Of a stretch of DNA of 64,000 nucleotides, positions 8,058 to 17,262 are shown piece by piece. Under the pieces are notes generated by a model. The model had not been told where the DNA came from. It was given only the letters and a program-made list of their open reading frames with translations, and did not search any database. This stretch comes from Microgenomates group bacterium Gr01-1014_5 (GTDB taxonomy: Bacteria; Patescibacteriota; Microgenomatia; UBA8517; UBA10165), in the NCBI GenBank assembly GCA_007376395.1, contig VMGE01000004.1, positions 70,431 to 134,430 of the forward strand. The letters are read 5' to 3'. The position numbers were made by a program, and so were the translations under genes. Numbering within the stretch: position 1 is the stretch's first letter; every line of letters begins with the position of its first letter.

Positions 8058-9241
8058 TCAGTTAACATTGAGGAGGCGAGGATAATATCTTTAGTTGCAC
8101 GCTCAGAATTTTTAGCGCGATCTGCAAGGTAATGTGTAAATAATCTGGAAACAACGTCGCTTACACGAGGCGAGAAATGACCTTCTCTTTGTGTCTCTTC
8201 AAGTAAAACAGCTACAGTTTCTAGAAAGTCAGGTTTTGACTGGAGTCTTTTCTTTTGTATTACTACTGCGCCCTCTGCAATATAAAACTCCGGGGCCTCG
8301 TTACAGGTTGGCTGTGGTACTAGCCATGAGCTAGTTGTTCTACTAATTTGTCTTCCGTGACTTTTCCAGCTGGTTGTTAAACCGCCCAAAACATCTGGCT
8401 TTTCCCATTCGCTTACTCCTCGGTCGCTTGCTGCAGAAAAGATGATGACAAGTTTTTCTAGTTTGCCATTATTATCAGGAATTGCAGTCAGTAGAAATTC
8501 GTCGAAAAAGCCTCTATTGTTTGACGCTCCTCTTATTGCGCGTGCTTTTTCCACAATTGCCGCAACTAAAGCTTTTTGACGAGGGGTGAGCATTTTTTCA
8601 GCACTTTGGCGTTCGGCCTCTAAAAATTCTTGTTTGAGACCGCCCATGATAACTGACAGTTCTTTAACGACCGTAGTCGGTTTAATCGCTCCTGGATTTA
8701 GCAGGTCTTTTGCGTCCTTTAAAGACCTAGGGGCTTCAAAAGAAGATCGTTTAAAATATAGAGTAGGAGGTGAGAGCTCCTCCCAATCTAATCCTAGTAT
8801 TGCTGCCGTTGCAATTAAAATAGCCTGAGAATTCAAAACTCGTGACTTGTCAGCATCTTCTACTTCTATACTGGCGCTTTTACAGTAGATATATTCATAA
8901 GGTTCCGAACCTGTTGTAAGAGAGATTTTCACTATTTGCATACCTTGTCCTTTAAGACGTAGTACTCGGCTTAAAGAGTGTGCATCTTTTAGATCTTCTG
9001 GTCTAAGATAAGCAAGAGCGGTAAAAGGAGAAGAGAACTTTCCGACTCTCTGGAAAGCAACCATACTAAAAAGTTCTTCTATCTGCTGCGTAACTGTTCT
9101 TGTAAGTGGGTGTTCTGGTTTATCTTCGAAAGGAATTTTGTCTTCTGAGGTTGTGGGAATTTCGGTTTGAGGAGGCGAGAAAGATGTTTTGCGCTTCCAG
9201 CGCAGGTGATCAAAACCTCTTCTTAGAGCCTCGGCTAACAT
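8054..9241 (-). CDS. Hypothetical protein (395 aa), no family recognised
   Basis: Long ORF with protein-like composition, sole minus-strand gene between kef and LCP genes. Confidence 0.5.
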   Translation of the reverse strand: MLAEALRRGFDHLRWKRKTSFSPPQTEIPTTSEDKIPFEDKPEHPLTRTVTQQIEELFSMVAFQRVGKFSSPFTALAYLRPEDLKDAHSLSRVLRLKGQGMQIVKISLTTGSEPYEYIYCKSASIEVEDADKSRVLNSQAILIATAAILGLDWEELSPPTLYFKRSSFEAPRSLKDAKDLLNPGAIKPTTVVKELSVIMGGLKQEFLEAERQSAEKMLTPRQKALVAAIVEKARAIRGASNNRGFFDEFLLTAIPDNNGKLEKLVIIFSAASDRGVSEWEKPDVLGGLTTSWKSHGRQISRTTSSWLVPQPTCNEAPEFYIAEGAVVIQKKRLQSKPDFLETVAVLLEETQREGHFSPRVSDVVSRLFTHYLADRAKNSERATKDIILASSMLTD

Positions 9242-9329
9242 AAGTTCTTATACGCCTTAAGAATAAGCTCTGTCAACTACTATATTTGATACTTGTGATA
9301 TTTTTCACGCGTGTGGTACCTTTAGATAT

Positions 9330-10331
9330 ATGTCTCCTGCCCGAGGCCATTCTCGTATATCAGATAGTCACAGGTTGCGCGTTCGCCGTGCCAAAACTGC
9401 CTATAAACATAAAAGATCCTCGAAAGGAATTCTCGCGAAATTAATTTTTGTACTTTGCTCTGTGTTCTTTGTTATTTCAATCTGGAAACTTTTTAACTCC
9501 TGGCAAAACAGCCAATGGATTACGGGTACACGGCTAACTATTGTTGTAGCAAGTGATAATCCCAAAGTTTATTCTTATAACCCCCAGGCAGAAAAACTAG
9601 TCGTCTTCGAAATACCCGACAACACACAAATCGAGACCTCCAGGGGTTACGGTCAATGGTTTGCCGGCAGTCTTTGGAAGTTGGGAGAACAGGAAAAGCT
9701 TCGTGGCGAACTTTTGCGCGAGTCAGTGCAGAAATCCTTAGGTTTACCTATTGACGGATGGATTGAAGAAAGGGGAGAGGCTCTGTTTGCTCCCCGTAAA
9801 TTGGGAGTAATGAGCGCTCTTTTTGAGGCATTGACCACGACCAGGATAAAGTCCAACCTGACCTTTTTTGACCGCCTGCACTTATTAATGAAAGTGGGGA
9901 TTGTGGGAATTAGCGCCCGGCGCGAGATGGATCTTACCGCGACAGGTGTCTTAAAAAAGGAGAAGCTCGGCGATGGCGCAGCGGGTTTTAGTGTTATTCC
10001 CGATAAGGCAAAGCTTGCGTTTGAGGGATTGCGCGACGACCTGGTTTTCGCCGAAGAAAAAAAGGTGGTTATTGTAAATGCCTCAAAAAAATCCGGATTG
10101 GCAAATGATGTTGGGCAGATAGCCACAGTTTTGGGTATCCGTATTATTGGTGCACAGACGAGCAGTGAGAAGATAAATGAATGTGAGGTAAGAGGCGGAA
10201 AAAGCGAATTAAAAAGCTTGTCTGCCCGGCGTTTGATAAGAATTTTTGACTGTAATGAGGTGAATGTTAAAGCAGAGAGCCCACAGGATTTAGAATTGTG
10301 GCTGGGAGAAAACTTCGCAAAGAAGTTTTAA
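9330..10331 (+). CDS. LytR-CpsA-Psr (LCP) family cell-envelope phosphotransferase with LytR_C domain
   Basis: N-terminal TM anchor, TRLTIVVASDN...LVVFEIPDNTQIE LCP core, C-terminal KVVIVNASKKSGLANDVGQIATVLG LytR_C-like. Confidence 0.6.
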   Translation: MSPARGHSRISDSHRLRVRRAKTAYKHKRSSKGILAKLIFVLCSVFFVISIWKLFNSWQNSQWITGTRLTIVVASDNPKVYSYNPQAEKLVVFEIPDNTQIETSRGYGQWFAGSLWKLGEQEKLRGELLRESVQKSLGLPIDGWIEERGEALFAPRKLGVMSALFEALTTTRIKSNLTFFDRLHLLMKVGIVGISARREMDLTATGVLKKEKLGDGAAGFSVIPDKAKLAFEGLRDDLVFAEEKKVVIVNASKKSGLANDVGQIATVLGIRIIGAQTSSEKINECEVRGGKSELKSLSARRLIRIFDCNEVNVKAESPQDLELWLGENFAKKF

Positions 10332-10415
10332 GTAACAAGTAACAGGTAACAAGTTAAAACGTGGAAGGGTTCTTTGGAGTTTGATGAAATCGCAGTAATT
10401 CTTCTTACTTGTTAC
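10332..10415. repeat. Inverted-repeat element between convergent genes (GTAACAAGTAA ... TTACTTGTTAC, 3x heptamer GTAACAR)
   Basis: 11-bp perfect terminal inverted repeats ~62 bp apart; related copy CTTGTTACCTATTACTTGTCAC at 15188-15209. Confidence 0.6.
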
Positions 10416-10422
10416 TTCTTAC

Positions 10423-11145
10423 TTACATATCCTGCTCTTCAGTGGTCGAGACATCGGGCTTTTCATCGTGTATTAAATCAGGCGGGGTAAAGGAAATGTA
10501 CCCAGGACGCTCAGTAGAAGAAAAAGAAGGCAGATCCCGTCTTAGCTCTGAGCGTTTTGTCTCTTTAACAAAAATTTTAACCTGGTCAGCCCCTACTGCG
10601 CGGACATATGTCGAGAATTCATTTCCTTCCCGGGTTAGTTTGATTACAACCCGCGAAAGATCGTCGGGAAAACGGCCAATATATTTACCGTTCTCGGTTG
10701 TTACTGAAACCCTATGGGCGTAACACTCTAACCGGACTGGTTCACCAGCGTCCAAAGTGGAAATAACAGCCAGATCTCCTAGATGAATCAGTGTTACTGT
10801 TTTAGTTTTCCCCGGTTCTTCAATGAACAGGTTTGCGGTTGCAACTGGCGAAAAACTGTTTATCCCATTCCTCTTCATTTCTTTGACGGTACTGACAGAC
10901 ATAGCCATTTTCAACCGCTCTAAAGCTTTTAAGGCAATAGTATTATATGAGTCAATTTTTATCACCTTTTTATAATTAGCAATTGCCCGGGATAGTTTTC
11001 CTACTTCGAGATATGCACGGGAAAGACGGTTTAACGCCTCGCAATTTTTGGGGTCTTCTGCGAGGAGTTCCTCATTTAGTCTTATTGCCTCTTTCCAGTT
11101 TCCACGGAGAGCTTCATCAATCGCTTTTTGGGCAAGCTGATCCAT
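10423..11145 (-). CDS. TPR-repeat protein with C-terminal uncharacterised domain
   Basis: Start taken at MDQLAQKAIDEALRGNWKEAIRLNEELL (M35 of 10423..11247 ORF) to avoid overlap with divergent yebC; 2-3 TPR units. Confidence 0.55.
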   Translation of the reverse strand: MDQLAQKAIDEALRGNWKEAIRLNEELLAEDPKNCEALNRLSRAYLEVGKLSRAIANYKKVIKIDSYNTIALKALERLKMAMSVSTVKEMKRNGINSFSPVATANLFIEEPGKTKTVTLIHLGDLAVISTLDAGEPVRLECYAHRVSVTTENGKYIGRFPDDLSRVVIKLTREGNEFSTYVRAVGADQVKIFVKETKRSELRRDLPSFSSTERPGYISFTPPDLIHDEKPDVSTTEEQDM

Positions 11146-11235
11146 AATTATTACCACCTTGAGTATATGTTTCTTATACACATTGTCAAGTGGAACAAAT
11201 GGAAACTGGTAACCTTCACATTGTATAATACGAAC

Positions 11236-11949
11236 ATGTCCGGACATTCAAAATGGTCGACGATTAAACGACAGAAGGGAGTCAACGATGCAAAGAAGGG
11301 ACTTATTTTTTCTAAGCTGGCGCGCGCAATTACTCTAGCCGCAAAACAGGGAGGTATTGACCCTGACGCCAACTTTAAACTCCGCTTAATTGTGGACAAG
11401 GGTAGAGAAGCAAATATGCCCAAAGAGAATATTGACCGTGCCCTTCGCGCGGCGATGGGTAAACTGGCAGGGGAGCTATATGAGGTGACGTACGAAGGGT
11501 ATGGTCCGGGAGGTGTAGCGATTCTGGTAGAGGCAACTACAGATAACAAAAACCGGACTGCGCAGGAAATTAAAAATATATTCGAAAAAGGAGAGGGGAG
11601 TTTAGGTACTCCGGGATCGGTTAGTTATCAATTTGAGCCAAAGGGTTTGATATTGGTAAATAAAGGAACGAGCGCTGATGAAACAATGTTGGCTCTGATG
11701 GAAATAGAAGGAGTAGAAAATATGGATGAAGCTGAGGATGGAATCGAAGTTATGGTTCGGCCAAACGAAGTGTTTTTAACCAAGGAAAAAATCGAACAGG
11801 CAGGAATGCAAGTCGCGTCAGCAGAAGTAACCATGCGCCCCCGAACGCCAATAAGCCTGAGTGAAGATAAAGAAAATAAAGCTCTAAAACTAATAGAAAA
11901 CCTGGACGACCAGGAGGACGTACAAAAAGTATACGTTAACATTACATGA
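11236..11949 (+). CDS. yebC: YebC/PmpR-family probable transcriptional regulator
   Basis: MSGHSKWSTIKRQKG...KKGLIFSKLARAITLAAKQGG signature; start at M37 of ORF 11128..11949. Confidence 0.9.
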   Translation: MSGHSKWSTIKRQKGVNDAKKGLIFSKLARAITLAAKQGGIDPDANFKLRLIVDKGREANMPKENIDRALRAAMGKLAGELYEVTYEGYGPGGVAILVEATTDNKNRTAQEIKNIFEKGEGSLGTPGSVSYQFEPKGLILVNKGTSADETMLALMEIEGVENMDEAEDGIEVMVRPNEVFLTKEKIEQAGMQVASAEVTMRPRTPISLSEDKENKALKLIENLDDQEDVQKVYVNIT

Positions 11950-12755
11950 ATTTGACTAAAAGGCAAAAATTTGTTGCTGCATCCCTGTTTTTGGCTGCTG
12001 TTTCTTTTTTTGTTCAGTATGCAGATGTTGATTATCGTTATCTTGCTATAGTCGGATTTTCTTTATTAACATTGCTTTTATCGGCTTGGGCTTTAAAGGA
12101 CGGGCTAGGGAAGAGTGCCACACTGCTAACCCTTGTTTTACCGGTATTTTTTACAGCCGGCATCCAGCTTTTTTATTTGGGTTTCGAGTCGAGTAATTTT
12201 TATTTGTCTTTGCCGGAATTCTTACAAATGGGGATAAGGGGATTATTTATTCTAGGGTATGCTGTTGGTTTTTATGCTCTTCTTTTAACCGGCAATATCT
12301 ATAACGTAGCGACAGCGCGCACCATTCAGCTTTTGAGAGCGGCTCACGCGGTCGGGTTTGTTCTTTCCTTGGCAACATGTTTTTTCTTATTTAATTGGCT
12401 GTTATCTTTAAAACTTGATTTTTACGTCAATACTTTTGGAATGGGTATTATTGCCATACCGCTTTTTTCTCAGGGATTTTGGTCAATAGAGCTTGAACAC
12501 AGGTTAGGCCGGGAAGTGCTTTATCTAACAGCCTCTTTAGGTTTAATTGTTGCGGAATTTGCTGCAGTTTTGTCGTTTTGGCCGATAACTGTGCCTGTTG
12601 GCTCGCTGACTTTGACAAGCATTGTTTATATTGGCCTTGGTTTGGGTCAAGCCAAGCTCCAGCAAAGATTATTTGAAAAAACCGTACGGGAATATTTAGT
12701 CGTAGGTCTGCTTGTTTTTTCTGCCATGTTTTTAACCGCTAGATGGGGAGGCTAA
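11946..12755 (+). CDS. Hypothetical polytopic membrane protein
   Basis: 269 aa, ~8 hydrophobic helices. Confidence 0.45.
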   Translation: MNLTKRQKFVAASLFLAAVSFFVQYADVDYRYLAIVGFSLLTLLLSAWALKDGLGKSATLLTLVLPVFFTAGIQLFYLGFESSNFYLSLPEFLQMGIRGLFILGYAVGFYALLLTGNIYNVATARTIQLLRAAHAVGFVLSLATCFFLFNWLLSLKLDFYVNTFGMGIIAIPLFSQGFWSIELEHRLGREVLYLTASLGLIVAEFAAVLSFWPITVPVGSLTLTSIVYIGLGLGQAKLQQRLFEKTVREYLVVGLLVFSAMFLTARWGG

Positions 12756-13523
12756 AACTAATTTTCAATTTAAAATTTTAAATTTTTAATGAGGACATCT
12801 TAACAGGGGAGAGAGGGCTCTAATGACACGTACTATCCTATAATTTATTACCGAGATTTCACGGATTACAACCGATAGTTTTCACGCAAACGCTGAAGTT
12901 GACTGCTAGTAGCCTCAATGAAGAAAACCCGAAAGCCATTTTAGCTAATTTCTAGCCACAAATGATATAGTTTGTACGCAACCACTCACTCTTTCGAGTG
13001 TGGATAAGTTTAATCGTAATTTTTAAGCGAAATAAAGTCACGACGCAAAGAGTCATACTTCAGAAGGGAGTGTGAAGTCTCAAGGCGGGTTGCTGCTATA
13101 TTCTCCTCCGGTTAAAATTGAACAACAAATCTTCTCGAGGAACAGATGTATCCAATCAAGAGAAGTAAATCACTATATGTCGCACAATGATACTTTTGCG
13201 ACGTATAGTGAATCTAGGCAGAGAAGTGCTGATTCGCTCCGCTCGAATTTACAATTCTCATTTTTCAATTTTTATTGATCCTTCTTATTCCTTTTTGTTC
13301 TCTAGAAATACCCTTTATCTTATTTTAACACCTTCCGAACACTACCCGAAATCCACTCCCCTACTATGGGTTGTGTGTAAATTTCTAATATCTAATTACT
13401 AATTTCTAAACTAATAAAAAATGTTGACCTAGAATACTGAAGATGGTTAATTAGTGCTTCTTTCATCCAGACAGGCTTTCTAGGGGTCTACAGGAGCTCA
13501 CTTATTTAGACTTTGGGCGGGGG

Positions 13524-13532
13524 TGATATAAT
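13524..13532 (+). promoter_or_regulatory. Extended -10 promoter (TGATATAAT) 5 nt upstream of ATG, implies leaderless mRNA
   Basis: gggtgatataatcggtcATG. Confidence 0.45.
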
Positions 13533-13537
13533 CGGTC

Positions 13538-14263
13538 ATGTCGATAGAAGACACTTCGTCTTGCCAAGAGAGATGGGAGATATATTCTCAAGAAAGCGCC
13601 TATGTCCGCAAAGCCCAAAAAGAAGTAGATAAAGCAAAACAGCTTCTTCCTTATCGCTTAACAACAGAGTTTCGTGATGCTAAAGGATTAACGTTTGACA
13701 ACGGAAAACCAGCAGAGGTAGTTATAGTTTTTGGAGACATAGAAATTAAAATTCCTTACAGAGCATCCACAACCAGATACAGACAATTGCTAGGGCTTGC
13801 CCTGCCGTTTCATAAGACAGGAATAACTAGAAAGGTTGAACATATAGAAGTTTATGATGATTCAGACCTTGATCGGGCAACAAGAGATAGATATTTTAGC
13901 AACACTTTACCAGACCTTAGGACTTTGATAGCCTTTGGCGGAGATTTTTTCAAACATAACGCCCACAGCTGGGAGCATTTAGCCGATGGTGGAGCTTCTT
14001 TAGCCCCTAATGATCGGGGAAAATATAACGCTGTAAATTTTAGCGTATATATCCTTGATGCCTTGACATTTACGCCTGAAAGCGTAGATTTCCGATTGGA
14101 ATGGGGAAAGTATCCTACTACAGAAAGGCTGAAGATAGACACAAGATATCTTGCAACTCTTGATGGAAAAAGGTTTCTGCATCCACAAACTCAAGACCAA
14201 TGGAGATCTGCCTTAGAACAAAACTATCAACGAGAAAAAGCTAAAAAGCCCCAAAGCCTCTAA
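13538..14263 (+). CDS. Hypothetical protein
   Basis: 241 aa ORF; TGATATAAT extended -10 ends 5 nt before ATG. Confidence 0.5.
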   Translation: MSIEDTSSCQERWEIYSQESAYVRKAQKEVDKAKQLLPYRLTTEFRDAKGLTFDNGKPAEVVIVFGDIEIKIPYRASTTRYRQLLGLALPFHKTGITRKVEHIEVYDDSDLDRATRDRYFSNTLPDLRTLIAFGGDFFKHNAHSWEHLADGGASLAPNDRGKYNAVNFSVYILDALTFTPESVDFRLEWGKYPTTERLKIDTRYLATLDGKRFLHPQTQDQWRSALEQNYQREKAKKPQSL

Positions 14264-14348
14264 TCACTACAGGCTTGTCAAGGGAGATTATATAGGTCTT
14301 GCAATAAAATTCTCCGTTCTACGTAGAGTGATAGAAAAATAACGCGAG

Positions 14349-14357
14349 TGATATAAT
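14349..14357 (+). promoter_or_regulatory. Extended -10 promoter (TGATATAAT) 7 nt upstream of ATG, implies leaderless mRNA
   Basis: gagtgatataattgtaatcATG. Confidence 0.45.
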
Positions 14358-14364
14358 TGTAATC

Positions 14365-14994
14365 ATGAATTTAAGCCGAGACGAACGGCTAACAATTGCT
14401 TCCTACGATAATATGGCTGAGGCATGGGCGCGAGAGCATGCAACTCCTGGGTGGTGGTCTGAAGAAATTGCTAAGTTCAAAGGCTACTTACCTACCGGAA
14501 AAATAATAGAAGTCGGTTCTGGTGGTGGGCGTGACGCTAAAGAGTTGGTTGAAGCGGGTTATGGTTATGTAGGCACAGATGTCTCAAGCGGGTTGTTGGT
14601 CGAAGCGAAAAAGCTTAATCCAGGAGTGGCGTTTTTAAATCAAAGTGTTTACGAATTAGATTTTCCGGACAACAGCTTTGATGGGTTTTGGGCGTCGGCG
14701 GTTCTGCTGCATATTCCCAAAAATAGAATCGACGAGGCTTTGCAATCTTTAGGTAGAGTTGTTCGCGACAAAGGAGTTGGTTTCATCTCGGTCAAGCAAG
14801 GCGAAGGTGAAAGGATGGAGTTTGAAGAAGCTCACGCGCCAAGCGTTCACCAAAGACTATTTTCTTATTACTCAGAGGATGAGTTCAAAGACGTTCTTCT
14901 AAGAAACAACTTCACTACACTTGAGTTTTATCTAAAGCCAAGTGGCGGTAAAACTACCTGGCTGGTATTTTTCGTGCAAGCTCGGAAAATATAA
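14365..14994 (+). CDS. Class I SAM-dependent methyltransferase
   Basis: Motif I IIEVGSGGGRD, motif post-I YGYVGTDVS, motif II SFDGFWASAVLLHIP. Confidence 0.7.
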   Translation: MNLSRDERLTIASYDNMAEAWAREHATPGWWSEEIAKFKGYLPTGKIIEVGSGGGRDAKELVEAGYGYVGTDVSSGLLVEAKKLNPGVAFLNQSVYELDFPDNSFDGFWASAVLLHIPKNRIDEALQSLGRVVRDKGVGFISVKQGEGERMEFEEAHAPSVHQRLFSYYSEDEFKDVLLRNNFTTLEFYLKPSGGKTTWLVFFVQARKI

Positions 14995-15043
14995 AATATC
15001 CTTATGTGCCAAGTCTTCGACCCTGAGCTCAGACCGAAGGGCT

Positions 15044-15081
15044 ATTCCACACCTGGTGTGGAATACGTTTGCACATCGGGA
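15044..15081. repeat. Dispersed intergenic element copy B: ATTCCACACC-T-GGTGTGGAAT plus GCACATCGGGA
   Basis: Perfect 10-bp arms; same 6-nt spacer length to GCACATCGGGA as copy A. Confidence 0.8.
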
Positions 15082-15187
15082 TAATATTGTTGTAAATAAG
15101 GTTGTGTCGCACCACGCACAGCGTGGTATTAGCGACGCTAAGCGTCGCACAATCTTGACCCCCTCCCCTGTTTTGGTGTAGTCTTTT

Positions 15188-15209
15188 CTTGTTACCTATT
15201 ACTTGTCAC
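15188..15209. repeat. CTTGTTACCTRTTACTTGTYAC repeat copy upstream of xerC
   Basis: 20/22 identity to reverse complement of 10332-10353. Confidence 0.6.
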
Positions 15210-15222
15210 TTATTACTAATTT

Positions 15223-16164
15223 ATGGAACTTGCTAAAGCTCCAAAATCAGAACTTGAACGTTTAATTCAGGAGTATCTCGAATATTTGGAAGTTGAAAAG
15301 AACGTTTCTCCCCTAACTGTCCGTAATTATGCCCATTATTTGCGCAGGTTTTCAGGTTGGATGGCTGAGAGAGCGAAGCTTGCAGATATAACCCAGGATT
15401 CTGTTAGACAGTACAGGGTTTACCTCTCCAGGCTGCCGGGAGGAGATAACGGAGCTATCTCGCGCAAGACCCAAGGCTACCACATTATCGCTTTGCGCTC
15501 CTTACTCCGCTGGCTAATTAGAAACGATAGACAGGTGTTATCCCCGGACAAGATTGATTTGCCAAAATCCGAAGGGCATTCAGTCAAATTTCTTAATGGC
15601 GAACAAGTTGACCGTTTGTTAAACTCTCCGTCTTTGTTCGCAATCCAAGGCAAACGCGACAAGGCGATATTAGAGGTGCTCTTCTCTACCGGGCTGCGAG
15701 TTTCAGAGTTAACTAAACTTGATCGCGACAAGGTCGACTTAGGTCACCGCGAGTTTGGCATAATCGGCAAAGGAAACCGCAACCGGGTGGTATTTTTGTC
15801 CGGGCGGGCGGCAGAATGGATTGATAACTATTTAAAATCCCGGGATGATAACTACAAACCGTTATTTATCAGGCACAAAGGCAAAGTTGATCCTTCGACG
15901 TCGGACGAAGAAATGCGCCTTACTCCCCGCTCGGTTCAGCGCATGATTAAAAAATACGCCAGAAAAGTGAATATTCCGGTAGACGTAACGCCCCATGTCA
16001 TGCGCCATTCGTTTGCCACAGACTTACTTATGGCCGGAGCCGATTTGCGCTCAGTCCAGGAAATGTTGGGTCACAAAAACATTTCTACAACCCAAATTTA
16101 CACCCATGTTACGAACAAACAGTTGAAAGATGTACACGAATCGTTCCATGGCCGCGGAAAATAA
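15223..16164 (+). CDS. xerC: Tyrosine site-specific recombinase XerC/XerD family
   Basis: R..HxxR..Y catalytic set: GLRVSEL, HVMRHSFATDLLMAGADLRSVQEMLGHKNISTTQIYTHV. Confidence 0.85.
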   Translation: MELAKAPKSELERLIQEYLEYLEVEKNVSPLTVRNYAHYLRRFSGWMAERAKLADITQDSVRQYRVYLSRLPGGDNGAISRKTQGYHIIALRSLLRWLIRNDRQVLSPDKIDLPKSEGHSVKFLNGEQVDRLLNSPSLFAIQGKRDKAILEVLFSTGLRVSELTKLDRDKVDLGHREFGIIGKGNRNRVVFLSGRAAEWIDNYLKSRDDNYKPLFIRHKGKVDPSTSDEEMRLTPRSVQRMIKKYARKVNIPVDVTPHVMRHSFATDLLMAGADLRSVQEMLGHKNISTTQIYTHVTNKQLKDVHESFHGRGK

Positions 16165-16208
16165 TTAACTCTTTGCAATTAACACCCAACATCTGATATT
16201 ATCAGCAA

Positions 16209-16886
16209 ATGGCCGCAAGAGCACGAAGAGTTATACCCAAGACACAGAAAATAACAAAAAGCGTAGTTGAAAGAGAAGTTGCCGAGGTAGTTCTGACCCC
16301 CCCTTTCCTTTCTCGAAACAAACTTTTCTCAAAACAAGTACTTGTCGGTTTGGCAGTTGTCCTCCTTCTGCTTTTGGTAGTTAACAAAAAACACTGGTTT
16401 GTTCCCGCAACGGTTAACGGTTTGCCAATACTCTCCCCGCAAGTAATTGTTAGACTTTACAGCGATTACCGCTCCCCGGCTGTGAGTGAACTTGTTGACG
16501 AAAGGATAATTATGGCAGAGGCGAAGAAAATGAATGTTTCGCCAAGCCGTGAGGAAATAAAAGCTAGAATGGCAGAACTTGAGACTCAAGTAGGAGGAGC
16601 AGACAGCCTTAATAAATTATTATCACAAGAAGGCACAAGCCGCACTTCATTAGAAAGAAGAATGAGTATGAGGCTAGCCCTTGAGAAAATTTATTCTAAT
16701 GAAGCAACGGTGTCTGCAGAAGAAATAGATGAATTTATAACAACGAACAAAGCTCAGTTGACGGCAAGTGATTCAGCTAGTCAAAAAACAGAGGCCGAAG
16801 CGCTTATTAAACAAGATAAGCTTGGAGCGATAATTAACCAAAAGTTTGCGGAGCTTCGCGAAAAGGCAAATATTAAAATATTCTGA
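16209..16886 (+). CDS. SurA N-terminal-domain-like periplasmic chaperone-like protein with TM anchor
   Basis: N-terminal TM helix, then helical domain resembling SurA_N/PpiD N-domain. Confidence 0.4.
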   Translation: MAARARRVIPKTQKITKSVVEREVAEVVLTPPFLSRNKLFSKQVLVGLAVVLLLLLVVNKKHWFVPATVNGLPILSPQVIVRLYSDYRSPAVSELVDERIIMAEAKKMNVSPSREEIKARMAELETQVGGADSLNKLLSQEGTSRTSLERRMSMRLALEKIYSNEATVSAEEIDEFITTNKAQLTASDSASQKTEAEALIKQDKLGAIINQKFAELREKANIKIF

Positions 16887-16916
16887 GAATATTTTAAGTC
16901 TAACTATTAAAATCTT

Positions 16917-17123
16917 CTAGACCTTTTGTTTTTTTGCTACCTTTTTAATATAGATTTTTGTGTAAAACAGTGGTGTGATTACTGGGAACGCCCAGAAAGC
17001 AAAAAGCCAGACAAGTTTATCTGTGGGATTTTTGAATTTTCGAGACAGAATATCAGACAGTACAAAGTAATATACAAAAGTCGATATCAACACAATAGTG
17101 AAGAACACAATGATATAAAACAT
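16917..17123 (-). CDS. PLDc_N-like small membrane protein
   Basis: Two TM helices with LFAFWAFPVITPLFY motif; start taken at M35 of ORF 16917..17225. Confidence 0.4.
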   Translation of the reverse strand: MFYIIVFFTIVLISTFVYYFVLSDILSRKFKNPTDKLVWLFAFWAFPVITPLFYTKIYIKKVAKKQKV

Positions 17124-17262
17124 AGTTAGGTCTGGAGACGATCCTACCACTTTAGACCCGCTTTCTTCAATTGCTCTAATTAAATTAGAATTAGGTGAGG
17201 GTACATCTGCTTTTGTTAGGTTCACAAATTAAGTAAAGCACTCTTAGGGGTTAGTGTCAACT

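Noticed and set aside
9653-10126. 157-aa minus-strand ORF inside the LCP gene
   Set aside because: Antisense to a well-supported CDS. Pro/Ser/Arg-rich. Artefact.
10409-10723. 104-aa plus-strand ORF downstream of the LCP gene
   Set aside because: Fully antisense to the TPR-protein gene with poor composition. The convergent-gene spacer element explains the region.
12756-13537. Consensus cores of tmRNA, SRP RNA and RNase P RNA in the long spacer
   Set aside because: None of the tested consensus cores (tmRNA 3' end, SRP domain IV, RNase P CR-I) were found on manual inspection. The region is reported only as an unexplained noncoding stretch.
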